In this document: piece by piece, positions 26,503-40,100 of the stretch
How the letters are laid out: each line of letters begins with the position of its first letter
Numbering within the stretch: position 1 is the stretch's first letter
Assembly (NCBI GenBank): GCA_032718475.1
Contig: JAUCBJ010004480.1
Span: forward strand, 1 to 64,000
Length of the DNA: 64,000 nucleotides
Source: Nemertoderma westbladi
Lineage: Eukaryota; Animalia; Xenacoelomorpha
Direction: 5' to 3'
Translations under genes and position numbers: made by a program
Notes under the pieces: model-generated
What the model was told of the DNA's origin: nothing
What the model saw: only the letters and a program-made list of their open reading frames with translations
Database searches by the model: none

Positions 26503-28539
26503 CCGTACCTGACTGGGATACATGCTTTAAAAATATGGACACCTTTTGTCCAAGTTTAATCTATGAGGATAATGTGCGACATTAGTGCTCCATAACCTAT
26601 CAACTACTACCTTGTTTAATTGAAATAACCATACTAATTACTGCCACTGAGTGAGACTGGATTGACTAATCTGTCAACTGCTCTGTTAATTTACATAATA
26701 AGAAATTGTATTGTGTCAATAACAATCTAACAACCTGTAAAAGGAAAGATTTGCACTAAGTAATGTTTTAAGGTGTTAATTGTAAAAATATTTCGCGTTT
26801 TGTTAAGTAACCTTCAATAATAATTCTTATGAAATGCCTTTTAAAGGCCGTTGCGTTGTAGACCAATGTATTACTTATTCCTACTACTGAAACTCATACT
26901 CACACATGATAAAATATGCTACCCTGTTTTCTGATTGTAGTTACATGGTTTCTTTGTTGTTAATGTAAATTTGCTTTGATAAATATCCCTTATTGACAAA
27001 CAACGGTATGGGGTAGCAATTATGTTAAATTGGATATCGACCACTATTTACACCATTAGGATAGCCTGACATTTGTGTAAAGTAATAGCAGCTAGCGTTG
27101 GCGTCTTCGTTGCTTAGCAATAATAAAATATGCTATCAAAAATAATGTCATCATTAATCAAATATTTACGAGGGCTTCTGAAGGGTTTCTTACGGCCTGT
27201 GGATTAAGTAGATTTCTAGTAAGACGCAGGTGGTTTGATCCAAGGAGCTATTAGTGCGTATGCGCTCTCGCATACTTACTGTTCAATATGGATACCATTA
27301 TTAAATAACCACATAATTTCTTAAAGTGCCCTTCTTTAAATGTCAACAAAACCATGTCATTTTCTTCAGGTGCAAATTCATGGATATTTTGTTAATATCT
27401 GTAATATTATTGATTCATCGCATCTCATATGGACTCGTTCCACCAAAACGATACACAATAACAATGTAAATATTCCTATCATGCCAAAATATATATTTAT
27501 TACAATATACGATACGCGATAATAACAACATTTACAGAAATATTGAAATATAAAAAAAGTGTTGTAAATAATTGTCAACGGTTGATCGAAATTATAGACG
27601 GGTTTGATATTTGGAATCAGAAACGAATAGAAAAATACATTGTTTCAAAAGTCAAATTATAAAATCACTAGTTTGTTAAATATGCTGAATACTTGAGGAA
27701 ATTTGCCCAAGAACGTTAATTTGAAAGTTATTTGTGTATTTAGGACAGGAAGTTGGTGAAATTGGTGTACTTTGTAAAATTTTATACCTCATATATTCAA
27801 ACTTTCTCAATTAAATAGAAATCAATTAAAAGTGACCATTGATTATTACCATTGATCATCAATCACTAGAGGGAGCCCAACGGCTCCTCAGCTCATTAGA
27901 ACAGACTGCTTCTAGTTTTGGTCTTTTTGTTAACTCCAAGAAGACCAACATTTTTACAGTTAATTTTGATAGTCCTCAGCAAATCTTCTGATCGGATGCG
28001 CATAAGATCAAAGGATGGTATGCTTGAGCATGTGGACGACTTCTGTTACCTGGGATCATGGATCCGGAAGTCAGGTGAGGACCTTCGAATACTTCGGATT
28101 TTTAATCGAATTTTCCCCGAGAATTTTTAAGGGAAGCACTATTTTTCTGATGCCAAATCGGTCTAAACTCACTTTGCAAAAAAAAATTTTGATTTCGAAA
28201 AATTCTAAGCGGGCCTCACGACACTTGAAAATTTCACATTTTTGGGAAGGCAATGCCAGTTTTGAAAATTCCAGATATTTTGTATTTTTGATAAAAGTTA
28301 AAGAAGATGCAAATATATAATATCAAATAGGTTGGAAACAAACACAAAATGTGAAATTGTGATTTTCATATAAATCTACCACAGCCTCATGGCCTTTAAA
28401 ATTTTGCAAAATTTGCAAAATTTCACCCAAAAAATACAGCAAACCTACTCCGTAGCCTCTATAGTTGAAACGATTTACTGGGGTTTGGAGTTCTTCCTGA
28501 GTGAAATCTGCTGACTGACTGACTGATCGACCTAGCGGT

Positions 28540-28990
28540 TATCTTCCACAGTAAACCCTTCTAATCTGTCTCCTGTTCACCACCATGGCTGATCTTCCAC
28601 AGTAAACCCTTCCACTCTGTTTCCTAAAGGAATGCCTGTTCACCACACCATGGGTGATATTCCATAGTAAACCCTTCCATTCTGTTTCCTAAAGGAATGC
28701 CTGTTCACCACCATGGGTAATCTTCCACAGTAAACCCTTCCACTCTGTTTCCCAAACGATTGCCTGTTCACCACCATGGGTGATCTTCCATAATAAACCC
28801 TTTACTCTGTTTTTCACTCGGTTCTCATTTATCGACCAGAAAGAGATGAAAGTGGTAAAGCTAGTCTGCAGCATTTAAAGTCCCGTGCCAAAACAGTAAA
28901 AAAAAATGCAACGTCCAGGAGCCTGGAGCCGAACTTGGAGTCGAACCTGGAGCCTCCTGAATGAAACCCCAGATTTTTAACACTAAATCA
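28540..28990 (-). mobile_element. tRNA-derived SINE with tandemly amplified 3' segment
   Basis: Minus-strand B-box GGTTCGACTCC at ~28945, with a body homologous to 19690-19835. A ~62-65 bp 3' unit is repeated about 4-5 times at 28540-28812. Confidence 0.65.
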
Positions 28991-29177
28991 AGCTGCTGCT
29001 TAGTCTATGAATTTAATATGAAAATATGAATAATATAATTTCTAATTGTAGGCCTCCTCTAACTGAAACTACTTGAGTATAAATATAAATGTAAACTACA
29101 ACTACAGTAAAATATGTGACGATGAGAGGATGAGGAAATCTGATAAAGTTGGGGGAAAGTATCCTGCATATAATGAC

Positions 29178-29336
29178 AGGGGCGATAAAGGACCAGGGGC
29201 GATAAAGACTCGGGGGCGATAAAGACCCAGGGGCGATAAGTTCCTAAAAACTCAGAACTGGGGGGCGATAAGTTCCCAACAAAAATACAATTTATTCGGG
29301 CTATAACGTTCCAGGGGCGATAAGGTCCTGCTTCGG
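29178..29336. mobile_element. Single arm of a fold-back MITE (GGGGCGATAAAGACC-type repeats)
   Basis: 6-7 degenerate ~15-bp repeats ending GTCCTGCTTCGG, like the GTCCTGCTTCCG terminus of the 25084 element. Confidence 0.55.
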
Positions 29337-32293
29337 CTTTTCAGGACATTGATTGCCGTGAAGACCAGCCTGTTCACATTCTTGTGCTTTGGCAGTCCCA
29401 TGGAGAAAACTAGTTGGTGGACAGCCCATGACATTTGTGACACGGCTCTTAAAGGACACTAACTGGCCTTGAAGATGCGGATAGTCTCGCGAAAGTCATG
29501 AGGGGTCGGGGTAGGGAGTTGTGGCGGTGAAACTATGTTGATAAGCCGGCATAGCATTTTTAATGCACGCTGCATTGGACTTGCCAATTATGGATGGCAT
29601 GGTGGTGACACATGGATAAAACTATGAGTCCGTAACGGACCGGTAGAGGCTACTTACTTTTTATCTTGGTAGGATACAGTACACTACCGGCACTGGCACT
29701 TAACGGGACCTGCAGCCCTATCCGGTAGAGTTACATGTTACACAAGTTTATTATGCATTAAGCTGAGTGCTGAGAGCTTTTACTATTTAATATATTATAT
29801 TCGATCTAAGGTTATTAATATATTCTCGGTTGCGAAACATAACAATAATATTATGTTTTATTCCGAACGTTTTAAAATTTACGTTTTAGTTTTTTTTGGA
29901 GGCGCGGATATTAATTAAATAGGTCTACAATGTGAGTAAATCATTAAACCCACTTTAATAATTGAACATCTTTAGGCCGATTATGAATTTCATTATAATA
30001 AATTCTAATCATTTCACATGGCTTATGTTGGTGCCGAGCGTATTGTTGATGTGGAGATTAAATTTCAAATTTGGAAGAACGCGATAGCGTTGTAGTTGTT
30101 ACTAATAGCATTCATATATTTATTATTTTATACTTTGATTGTCAAGCTGAATTAAAAACCTTACCGGTAGGTATGCAAGTACAGTACGATATAAATACTA
30201 AAATAAAAAAGCAACTGACCATTAGACGTTGCATGCAATCAGTGATCAGCGATCAGTGAATAATTGTATTAACTCAAGCATTTAATTATTAACATGTATT
30301 TATTCTATATGACGCGCATATATATATATGCAATGATCCCCCCCCCCCCCCCCCCCCCCCTGTCTCCCGTGATATAATTCACTGCCAATGAGGACAATAT
30401 TTATTGACATCAATCTAACATTATTTGATCCACACACAGTTACGCCTTGGTTATTAAACTTTTCTACACTCCATCTCCAGGGAAGTAGCACTGGCGATGG
30501 AGTATATGATTTTTCTGGCATGTAGGGCCTATGCTGCAATGCAAGCCGTGTTGATGGTAAGTTTTCGCAATAAGATAAATCCATCACCAATGGTGATGGA
30601 ATATACAAGGACATATGGGTATTGTTTCAATTGGGATCAGAAACTAATTATATTTAACCGAACACATTGCACACTGTACAGGTCAATATATCCTACAGTA
30701 GATAAAATAAACCAATAAAATGTCGAAATACATTTAAAATACCGGTTAAATTTTATAGAATATAAGAATGACAATTATAAAGTTATTTATTTCAGTATGT
30801 GTATCTAAGTTCTCCGAAACTCAGAAGCCATGACTTACCACAGGCCTAATATCTTAACATATTATCTTGATATATATTTATGTCCATTATCAATTTCTTT
30901 GATGAAACAGATTTTTGTCATCGTAGAGAACTCTCATGATTTCAAATCTTATAACTGTTCAACGTTAAGATTATAATCGGCTTTATACTATTGTATTAGT
31001 GTCTATTGTATTAGCTATTAACTATTGTATTAGCTATTAACTATTGTATTAGCTATTAACTATTGTATTAGCTATTAACTATTGTATTAGTGTCTATTGT
31101 ATTAGCTATTAACTATTGTATTAGTTTCTATTGTTATCGTTTACATATTTTTTACCATAACTAAAAACTACTATAATGATAATTACTTACTTACTTAGTT
31201 CCTGGACTACATACGTATATATTGACATTATTGTGCTTTGTATTACATACGTAATCTATACCACCTTTAGGGGTGTGTATGAATATACAATTATTATTAT
31301 TAGCTATTAACTATTGTATTAGTGTCTATTGTATTAGCTATTAACTATTGTATTAGAGTCTATTGTATTAGCTATTAACTATTGTATTAGTGTCTAGTGT
31401 ATTAGCTATTAACTATTGTATTAGTGTCTATTGTATTAGCTATTAACTATTTTATTAGCTATTAACTATTGTATTAGCTATTAACTATTGTATTAGCTAT
31501 TAACTATTGTATTAGTGTCTATTGTATTAGCTATTAACTATTGTATTAGTGTCTAGTGTATTAGCTATTAACTATTGTATTAGTGTCTAGTGTATTAGCT
31601 ATTAACTATTGTATTAGTGTCTATTGTATTAGCTATTAACTATTGTATTAGTGTCTATTGTATTAGCTATTAACTATTGTATTAGCTATTAACTATTGTT
31701 TTAGTGTCTATTGTATTAGCTATTAACTATTGTATTAGTTACTATTGTATTAGCTATTAACTATTGTATTGGTGTCTATTGTATTAGCTATTAACTAATG
31801 TATTAGCTATTAACTAATGTATTAGCTATTACTATTGTATTAGCTATTAACTATTGTATTAGTGTCTATTGTATTAGCTATTAACTATTGTATTAGTTAC
31901 TATTGTATTAGCTATTAACTATTGTATTGGTGTCTATTGTATTAGCTATTAACTAATGTATTAGCTATTACTATTGTATTAGCTATTAACTATTGTATTA
32001 GTGTCTATTGTATTAGCTATTAACTATTGTATTAGTTACTATTGTATTAGCTATTAACTATTGTATTGGTGTCTATTGTATTAGCTATTAACTAATGTAT
32101 TAGCTATTACTATTGTATTAGCTATTAGCTATTAACTATTGTATTAGCTATTAACTATTGTATTATCTATTAACTATTGTATTAGCTTTTAACTATTGTA
32201 TTAGCTATTAACTATTGTATTAGCTATTAACTATTGTATTAGCTATTAACTATTGTATTAGCTTTTAACTATTGTATTAGCTATTAACTATTG

Positions 32294-34206
32294 TACTACT
32301 ACTACTAGGTCGAGCGAACTCGGACAGTGGAAATGAGATCCTTCCAGGCTTCCCGATTCTCCATAGTTGTCGCAATTTCGTTTCTCCCAAGTTCAGTATC
32401 CCTTTCAAGTTGATCTATATATGTTATGGCCGGTCGTCCACGACTACGCTTTCCATGAGTTGGTTGCCAGAGAAGTAGATCTGGTATGACCTCGTCTTTA
32501 CTTCGCCAGCAGTGCCCACTGAATCTTAATCTGCGTTCACGGAGGGTGGTTGATACAGGTGGTATTGTACCATAAAGCTCGGCGTTTGTCATGTGTTGTC
32601 TCCAGCTGATGTTTAGGGCTGCCCTTAGTAGTCTTGTGTAGCAACCATCAATTCGTTGTTCAAGTGATTTAGTCAGTGTCCAGGTCTCACCCCCATATAA
32701 AAATACACTTTCCACTGTGGCTCGAAAGAACTTAGTCTTCAGGTGCCTGGAGAGATCTGATTTCCAGATGGTATCCATTTTTGATAGAGCTACCCAAGCC
32801 TTTGCTTTCCTAACTTCTATGTCCTTTTTGCTACTCTCTATCCATGATCCAAGGTACTGGAAGTCATCGACCTTCCTTAGGTGATTATTATCAATGGTTG
32901 TCAAGATTCCATCAACATTAAAGGTCATGAATTCGGTCTTTGTAGCATTTATATGCAATCCAACCTCCTTAGCAGCCCTCTCCACTTTATTTAGTAGAAG
33001 CTGTGCATCTGCTAGCGTATTAGAGAGCAGGGCGATGTCATCCGCAAAGTCGGTGTCTGTGACTGTAGTTGCCGGATATCTACTACTTCTGCGTTCTTGA
33101 AGTGTGAATCCCAGATCTTCACCCTTTGTGGCCGTCCTCATTGCGTAATCCAGCACAATTACAAATAGTAATGGTGCTAATGTGTCACCTTGCAGTACGC
33201 CAGCCAGGATTGAGAAAAACTAAGTTTCACCATCTGGTGAGAGTACCTGCGCTTCTGTGTCACAATATAGCAATCCAATGCCAGCAACAATTACTTCTGG
33301 TATTCCATAAGCTCTTAGGATTTCAAGCATTTTACCTCTATGGATGGAGTCGAATGCCTTCTTGAAGTCCACAAAAGTCATGACTGCGGGGAGATTCTTT
33401 GACTTGATTCCTTCAATCAGTCTCCGTAGTGCAAGTATCTGAGCTATTGTTGATCTACTTGGTCGAAATCCGTTTTGGCTCTTACGCAGTAGTTTCTCTA
33501 TGTGAGGCCCAATCCTATATAGAATCATTTTATTGTATATTTTGGCAGCTACCACAAGCAGACAGATCCCACGATAGTTTGTTGGTATGCCGAGGTCTCC
33601 TTTCTTGGGGAGAGGCTTTAGTTGACCTTTAGTCCAAATTGGTGGTGGCTTTTCCCCTTTTAACATCCGGTTGCAAACATTCAATAATGGTCTATTTAGC
33701 ACTCCGGTTTTCCATACCTCCGCTGGGATTTCATCTAATCCACTCGCTTTATTATTGGACATGCTTTTAATGCTTCTTTGGAGTTCGGCAGGTGTGAAGT
33801 CCCCTGTTTCTATAGGTAGTGTCTTGTCATATATTTTCCTTATAGGGCTGACCTCGATGTTTGGTGGCTGCCCAAGCAAGTTGCTGAAGTGATTTTTCCA
33901 CTTCCCAACACGTTCTTCAGGACTATCGGCTTTGAGGTGCCCCTTTGCACAACTTTTCCGACCAGATACCTCATTTACAGTTTGCCAGGTAAGTCTTGAT
34001 TGTTGCTGTATGTGAGCAGTTGTAATTGCTTCAGTTTTATCCTGTATGTACTTTTCCTGGCTGATGTTGTAGGCCAATTTAAGATCGTCCTTAGCTTTCT
34101 CAACCTTGTTAATGTTTTCGGTTGTTGGTTGTTCGGTTTTAACTTTGTAGGCTATCTTAAGATCTTCTCTCTTACAAGTAACCTCAGAGTTTTGCCATGG
34201 CACATA
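32294..34206 (-). mobile_element. RTE-clade non-LTR retrotransposon, 5'-truncated; RT frame intact except for one stop
   Basis: ORFs 33220-34203 and 32305-33156 share a frame, separated by a single TAG (ET*FFSILAGVLQGDTLAP). Motifs KASGLDEIP, NYRGICL, QNGFR, FVDFKKAFDS, FADD, YLGS and RRLRFSGHC; (TAG)n tail. Confidence 0.95.
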
Positions 34207-34329
34207 CTGTTTTCTATTGTATTATTGTATTCTATTATTCTATTGTATTATTCTATTGTATTATTCTATTGTATTATTGTACTGTTTTCTATTAACTATT
34301 GTATTAGCTATTAACTATTGACTATTAAC

Positions 34330-34985
34330 AATATATGTGCTGTCGGTGCAGGACGAAGAACATATACTGAGTAGCTGCGAGCATAGAAAGGAAATTATAG
34401 GCTTCTACAATGTTTCATCTATGTTAGACTTTAACGGCCTACCGAGTTACGAAGCCGCAGAGCTGGCTTATAAGATCAGCAAAGTGTTCCCGTAATAGTT
34501 GTATATAGTCTATAACCAACGACTGACAGTATTTAATTTACGACAGTGGTTTATTGACTTGCAGTACTTAATTTAACTATTTAATTATCTGAATTATTGC
34601 ATATTTAATACTTCCGAATTTGACTTTATATTGGCAATTTATTAGTAACCAAATACCTTATATTTGTTTGACATAATGGTTAACCGTAATTACATAATAT
34701 TGTGTATTGAATGTTGATTATTTGACCATATATTAATACAACCTAATTTGGCTTTATATTGACTATTTATTAGTGACCGAATGACCGATATTTTGTTTAA
34801 ATTAACCTTATATTTATTTGACATACTGTTTATAACGATTAGGACTTACCCAGTGTTTATTTGACCATATATAATTTACTTACTTATTGATCAATTGTAT
34901 TTATGTAGACCTATTAATAATATAATAATGTAGTGCTGATGGTAATGTGATCTGGTCTATAATAATAATAATAATAATAATAATA
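34330..34985 (+). mobile_element. LINE-like 3' fragment with (AAT)n tail
   Basis: Short coding-like end (GFYNVSSMLDFNGLPSY...), a long AT-rich UTR and an (AAT)8 tail abutting the resumed satellite. Confidence 0.5.
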
Positions 34986-36734
34986 CTAGCTATTAACTAT
35001 TGTTTTATTGTCTATTGTATTAGCTATTAACTATTGTATTAGCTATTAACTATTGTATTAGCTGTTAACTATTGTATTAGTGTCTATTGTATTAGCTATT
35101 AACTATTGTTTTAGTGTCTATTGTATTAGCTATTAACTATTGTTTTAGTGTCTATTGTATTAGCTATTAACTATTGTTTTAGTGTCTATTGTATTAGCTA
35201 TTAACTATTGTATTAGCTATTAACTATTGTATTAGCTGTTAACTATTGTATTAGTGTCTATTGTATTAGCTATTAACTAATGTTTTAGTGTCTATTGTAT
35301 TAGCTATTAACTATTGTATTAGTGTCATTGCAATTTTTCATTGCAGTTCCCTTCTCAATTTGTGACTTAGTTTAGTGACATTTCCTAGTTTATCATCTTG
35401 ATAATGCCTTCCGATGCGATACGAAACCTAGCAGTCAGCGGTCTGCCATCATATCAGTCAGCTGATCATTTAATCCACTCAACATCTAGGTCTCACACTT
35501 ACTTTTTCTGTTTTATTACTTTTTCTATTTAGTTTCTCTTTATTTTCTATTTAGTTAGTGATATCTATCTATATCTGTAAGCCCGATAAGTATCATTACA
35601 GGCAGCTTCATAATGATAAAATCATTGAAAATGACCACCGCTGCAAAATAAAAAAAATAGACAACATTTCTAAAAGCCAAGGGCGGTTACCTATTTATTA
35701 TGTTTATTATAACATAAAATTATTTATGTTTCTATCTTCATATTTTATTAGCTGAACTGTCTGCTAGTGTCCAGATGTATTATCAAAAGTTTGAAAAAAT
35801 TCGTTGAATTTATCCAATGAAATATTGAACAAATTTTTAGTTTGTTTCTGGTTTCTTAGTTTATTTCTCTGAGAACGAATATAACCTTAGATTAGTTCTG
35901 AATAGCTGTTACTTAAACCTAATAGTACCGGGCTATAAAATGTTGTACAAATACCGGGGAAGGGTCATATTGACCCCCCCCCCCCCCCACCCCTCTAAAA
36001 TCTAAAAAAAATTTTACGAAAACGTCTGATTTTTTGTTTGTACGTACAGTAGGTATCACTAGTCTGGATCCGCCCGAAAAAAAATATTTTCGAAAAAATG
36101 TACTTGGGTGGTTATATTGCAGCACCAAAATTACTAGTAGTGTGGAATTATCATAAAATGTAAATGTTTCATTTTTCGGCAAATTTTTTTTCAATACAGG
36201 TTTTCTGGTGCGCAAAATACATTGGAAAATATTTAAAAATTAGATGATTACTATAAATGGCTGTTTAGTCCTCTTGCGTAGGAAAAATTTTTACAGACAA
36301 AATTTTTAATTCACTTATACGATGCTATAAATTCACATTTTCAGGTTTTCTAGGCGCTGATTCTAATGGAATACATTTCTAATATGCCAGATAATTTCTA
36401 CTTGTATTTTTCGGCGTAATTTGGCAATTTTTTGTGCTAGCACCAAATTTCGTACCCATCACCAAAAACGTTTGCGATGTCCAGTGCTGTTTTTATTGAT
36501 TCCACCGGATTCAGAACCCTCATAAACCCGTATAACGCAAGAAACAAGATGATACTATTTACTGATCAATTTGCTTATTTTCCAAAATTTGGTGCTGGCA
36601 CAACAATTTTCACCCACCGGCGAAAAATACAAGTTTCAAAACTCTTATGAAATTTTTACTGATTCATTTTTACTGATTCATTGAATTCAGATCCCTCACA
36701 AACCCGTATATCGCAAGAAACAAGGTGACACAAT

Positions 36735-37050
36735 TGTGGCAATAGCGACTATGGTACCAGTACCGGCACTATATACTTTCACTTTGATGACGACCGAGAG
36801 TCTGACTGTGTCTGTCATCTGTAGATACTTAGGATATCAGTACCGACTGTCCTATCTACCGGTACAGCAGTACTATGTTAGGACCTAGATCCGTGTAGCC
36901 CAGTAGGCTACCTTTATTCAATATATACTATATATTCATTATATATTATTATACTTATCTGCTCCGGCATATGTTCCGACGTTACAACATTGCCTGCACG
37001 GCGTCCCGTTAACAGGTATGCGGGACCGAGAGTAGATTCCCCCACATACA
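36735..37050 (+). repeat. 5' LTR (316 bp)
   Basis: Direct repeat of 41542-41852. By eye it differs by one substitution and one 5-bp indel. Confidence 0.95.
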
Positions 37051-37147
37051 TGGCGCAGTGAGTTTACCGTCACCTGTGACAGGTAGAAACCTCTACGGGA
37101 TCTCCAACACTACTAATTTGTTTCCTACGTATTTGTAATTTGGGCCC

Positions 37148-40100
37148 ATGCCGCCTAAATCTAAAGGGAAGCAAAAACCCACGTCACCGCCCACGGCGGA
37201 CAGCAGTAGCAGCGACGGTGACGAAACTATAGAAGCCCGAGGCGGCAGTCACACTCCTATCCGGATGGACGACCTCGCGCGTATTCTCGCCCAACAACAG
37301 ACTGCTATGGCTCAGCTGCTGGCGCAACAGCAGGAAGATGCCAACCGTCGCCAGGCGGCCGCGGACGACCGCATCGCTCAACTCCTCGCGGCTCTACAAC
37401 CCGGCGTGGCGGCGGCCGCCGCACCGGGACCGCCGGCGACCCAACCCACATACGCGGGAGCCGCTACGAACCCAGCTCCACGACGCCGGGTTATCGACAT
37501 CTCCGCCATGGAGAAGATCGACGCGGACGTCGACTTCTCCTCGTTCCGCCGGTGGAGACAGGCGTGGAGGGTCCACGCCCACCGGCAGCAGGTCGCCACG
37601 ATCCCCTGGGCGGAGCAGGTTTACGCTCTCGTCGCCGCCCTGGGCAGCGACCTCCAGGAGACCATCCGCGTCACCCTCCAGGTTGACATCGACTCGGACG
37701 AGACGACCCCGGAGACGATCCTCGACGCTCTCCAGGCCCACCTCCGAACTCCGCACCGGGACACCGCCGAACTCTGCGGCCACTGCCGGGACCGGCAGAT
37801 CGTTACCCAAATCCTCGTGGGTGTGCGGTGCTCGGAGACCCGCACCGAGCTGCTCAAGGTGCTCCCGCAGCCAACCCTCGAGGACTGCGTGCGGATCGCG
37901 CAGAGTGTGGAGGCCAGCGAGAGGAACGACTCCATTCTGGCGAGCGGGAAACCGATCCACAAACTCTCCTCCTACAAACGCGAACGTTAGGTTTCCCGAA
38001 CCCCGGCGGCCTCCCGCACCCTGGCGGGTTCTCGCTACTCGTCTCCCGACCCTTCCCGTCGAACCAATGCATCCAACAGTTGCGGCAACTGTGGGCGAAA
38101 CCACGACAAGGGGAAGGACTGCCCCGCCAAGGGTATCACGTGCCACGCCTGCGGCAAGACGGGGCACTTCAAGTCGGTGTGCCGGTCCAAACCCGCACCC
38201 AAATCGTCGAAGGTTTTGACGATCTTCCGACAACGGAGCGTCCACAGCTCGGACAAAGACCGGACCAGCTGCGACCTAAACTACATCTCCGTCGATGTAA
38301 CAAACTCGAGGACCAACCGGTTTATGGGACGGGCCCGCCACTCCCTCCCGGATAGCGGAGCGGCTGCCTCTGTCCTCAACGAGAAACTCTTCCTTCAACT
38401 CGGGGGTCGCCATGCCGACCTCCTCCCGCTACGGGAAGACGACAAGTTCGAGGCGGCGAACCGGCTCCCCATGGCGGCCGTGGGGCGGTTCCCGGTGGAG
38501 CTCGAATACTTCGGGGCGAAGGCGATCACCGAACTGGTTATCTCCCCGGAGTCCGACGGTTTAATCCTCTCCAAGAGGACCATCCAGGACCTCGACATCC
38601 TCCCGCGGAACTTCCCGGCTCCCCTCCGCAGCCGAGGAACCGTCGCCTCCATCGCTCCATCCCCGGCGACCCGCTCCCGGGACGACTACCTCCGCGAGTT
38701 CGACGACGTCTTCGACGACGACTCCGCCCCGCTCCCGATGATGCACGGCCCGCCCATGCACATCCTGCTGAAAGACGGGGCGATGCCGTTCCACGTCAAC
38801 GGCGCGCGACCGATCCCGTTCGCGATGCGGGACGAGGTAAAGGGTCTCCTCGACAACCTGGAACGGAGGGAAGTCATCGCCCGGGTCGACGAGCCAACAG
38901 ACTGGGCCCACCCGATGACAGTGGCGAGAAAACCGGGGGGTAAACTGCGACTTTGCATCGACCTCCGCCACTTAAACTCGCAGGTGCGACGTCCCTACTA
39001 TCCCACCCCGAGTCCACGGTCGGCGGTGGCCGGAGTTTCTTCCACCGCCCAGGTTTTCTCGGTGTTTGACGCCGCCAGTGGCTACTGGTAGGTTCCCCTG
39101 GACAAGGAGTCACAACTCCTCACAACCTTCGCGACTCCCTGGGGCCGGTACCGTCACACCCGCAGCGTCATGGGGCTCATCTCGTCCGGAGATGAGTTTA
39201 ACCGGCGGGGTGACGACGCACTCCAGGGACTCCCCAACCTCATCAAGGTTGTAGACGACGTGCTCCTCTACAACGACACCATGGAGGAGCACCTGGCCAA
39301 CGTCGGCCGGTTCATGGAGCGGTGCCGAACCCACAGCATTACGCTGCACCCTGGGAAGGTGCAGTTCGCCCAGGCCGAGGTTCGGTTCGCTGGGTACCTC
39401 GTCGGCGCCTCCGGTATCAAGGCCGACCCGGAGAAACTGAAGGCGATCGCCGCCTTCCCCCGCCCAGGGAACATCACTGACCTCCGCAGCTTCGTGGGAC
39501 TCGTGGAGCAACTCGCTCCGTTCTCCGGCAACATCGCCGCCGCCATATCTCCGATCCGCCCCCTCCTCAGTACGAAGGCGACCTTCACCTGGACGGGGGA
39601 CCACGAACGGGCCTTCGAGGCCACTAAACTGGCGCTCACAACCCCACCGACCCTCGCCCCGTTCGACACGACCCGGGAGACCCGCCTCGTTACCGACGCT
39701 TCCCGGCTGAAGGGCCTCGGATACGCCCTCCTCCAGCGGTACGGGGAGGATTGGAGGCTGATCGAGTGCGGCTCGAGGTTCACCACCGACACGGAGTCCA
39801 GGTACGCCATGGTGGAACTCGAGCTCCTCGCCGTCGTATGGGCCGTCCAGAAGTGCCGGCTGTATCTTCTCGGCCTCCCCCACTTCAACTTGATTGTCGA
39901 CCACCAACCGCTCGTCACAATCATTGACAAGTATACGGTGGACGCCACAGACAACACCCGCCTCCAACGCCTCAAGACTAAACTGGCCCCGTACCAGTTT
40001 ACCACCACGTGGACCAAGGGGAAGGACCACGCCATCGCCGATGAGTTGTCCCGCGCCCCGGTCAATGACCCCACACCCGATGACCTCGTCGACGATGGGG

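Larger units (their letters stand above)
27862..29575 (+). mobile_element. Fragmented second copy of the 7570-9090 RTE family (27862-28092 and 29337-29575) with younger inserts between
   Basis: 27862-28092 matches 8301-8530 (KDGMLEHVDDFCYLGSWIRKSG), and 29337-29575 matches ~8832-9065. Confidence 0.8.
30988..35326. repeat. 19/15-bp minisatellite, interrupted by three retro-insertions
   Basis: Units TATTGTATTAGCTATTAAC and TATTGTATTAGTGTC at 30988-31135, 31298-32294, 34210-34330 and 34986-35326. Confidence 0.95.
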
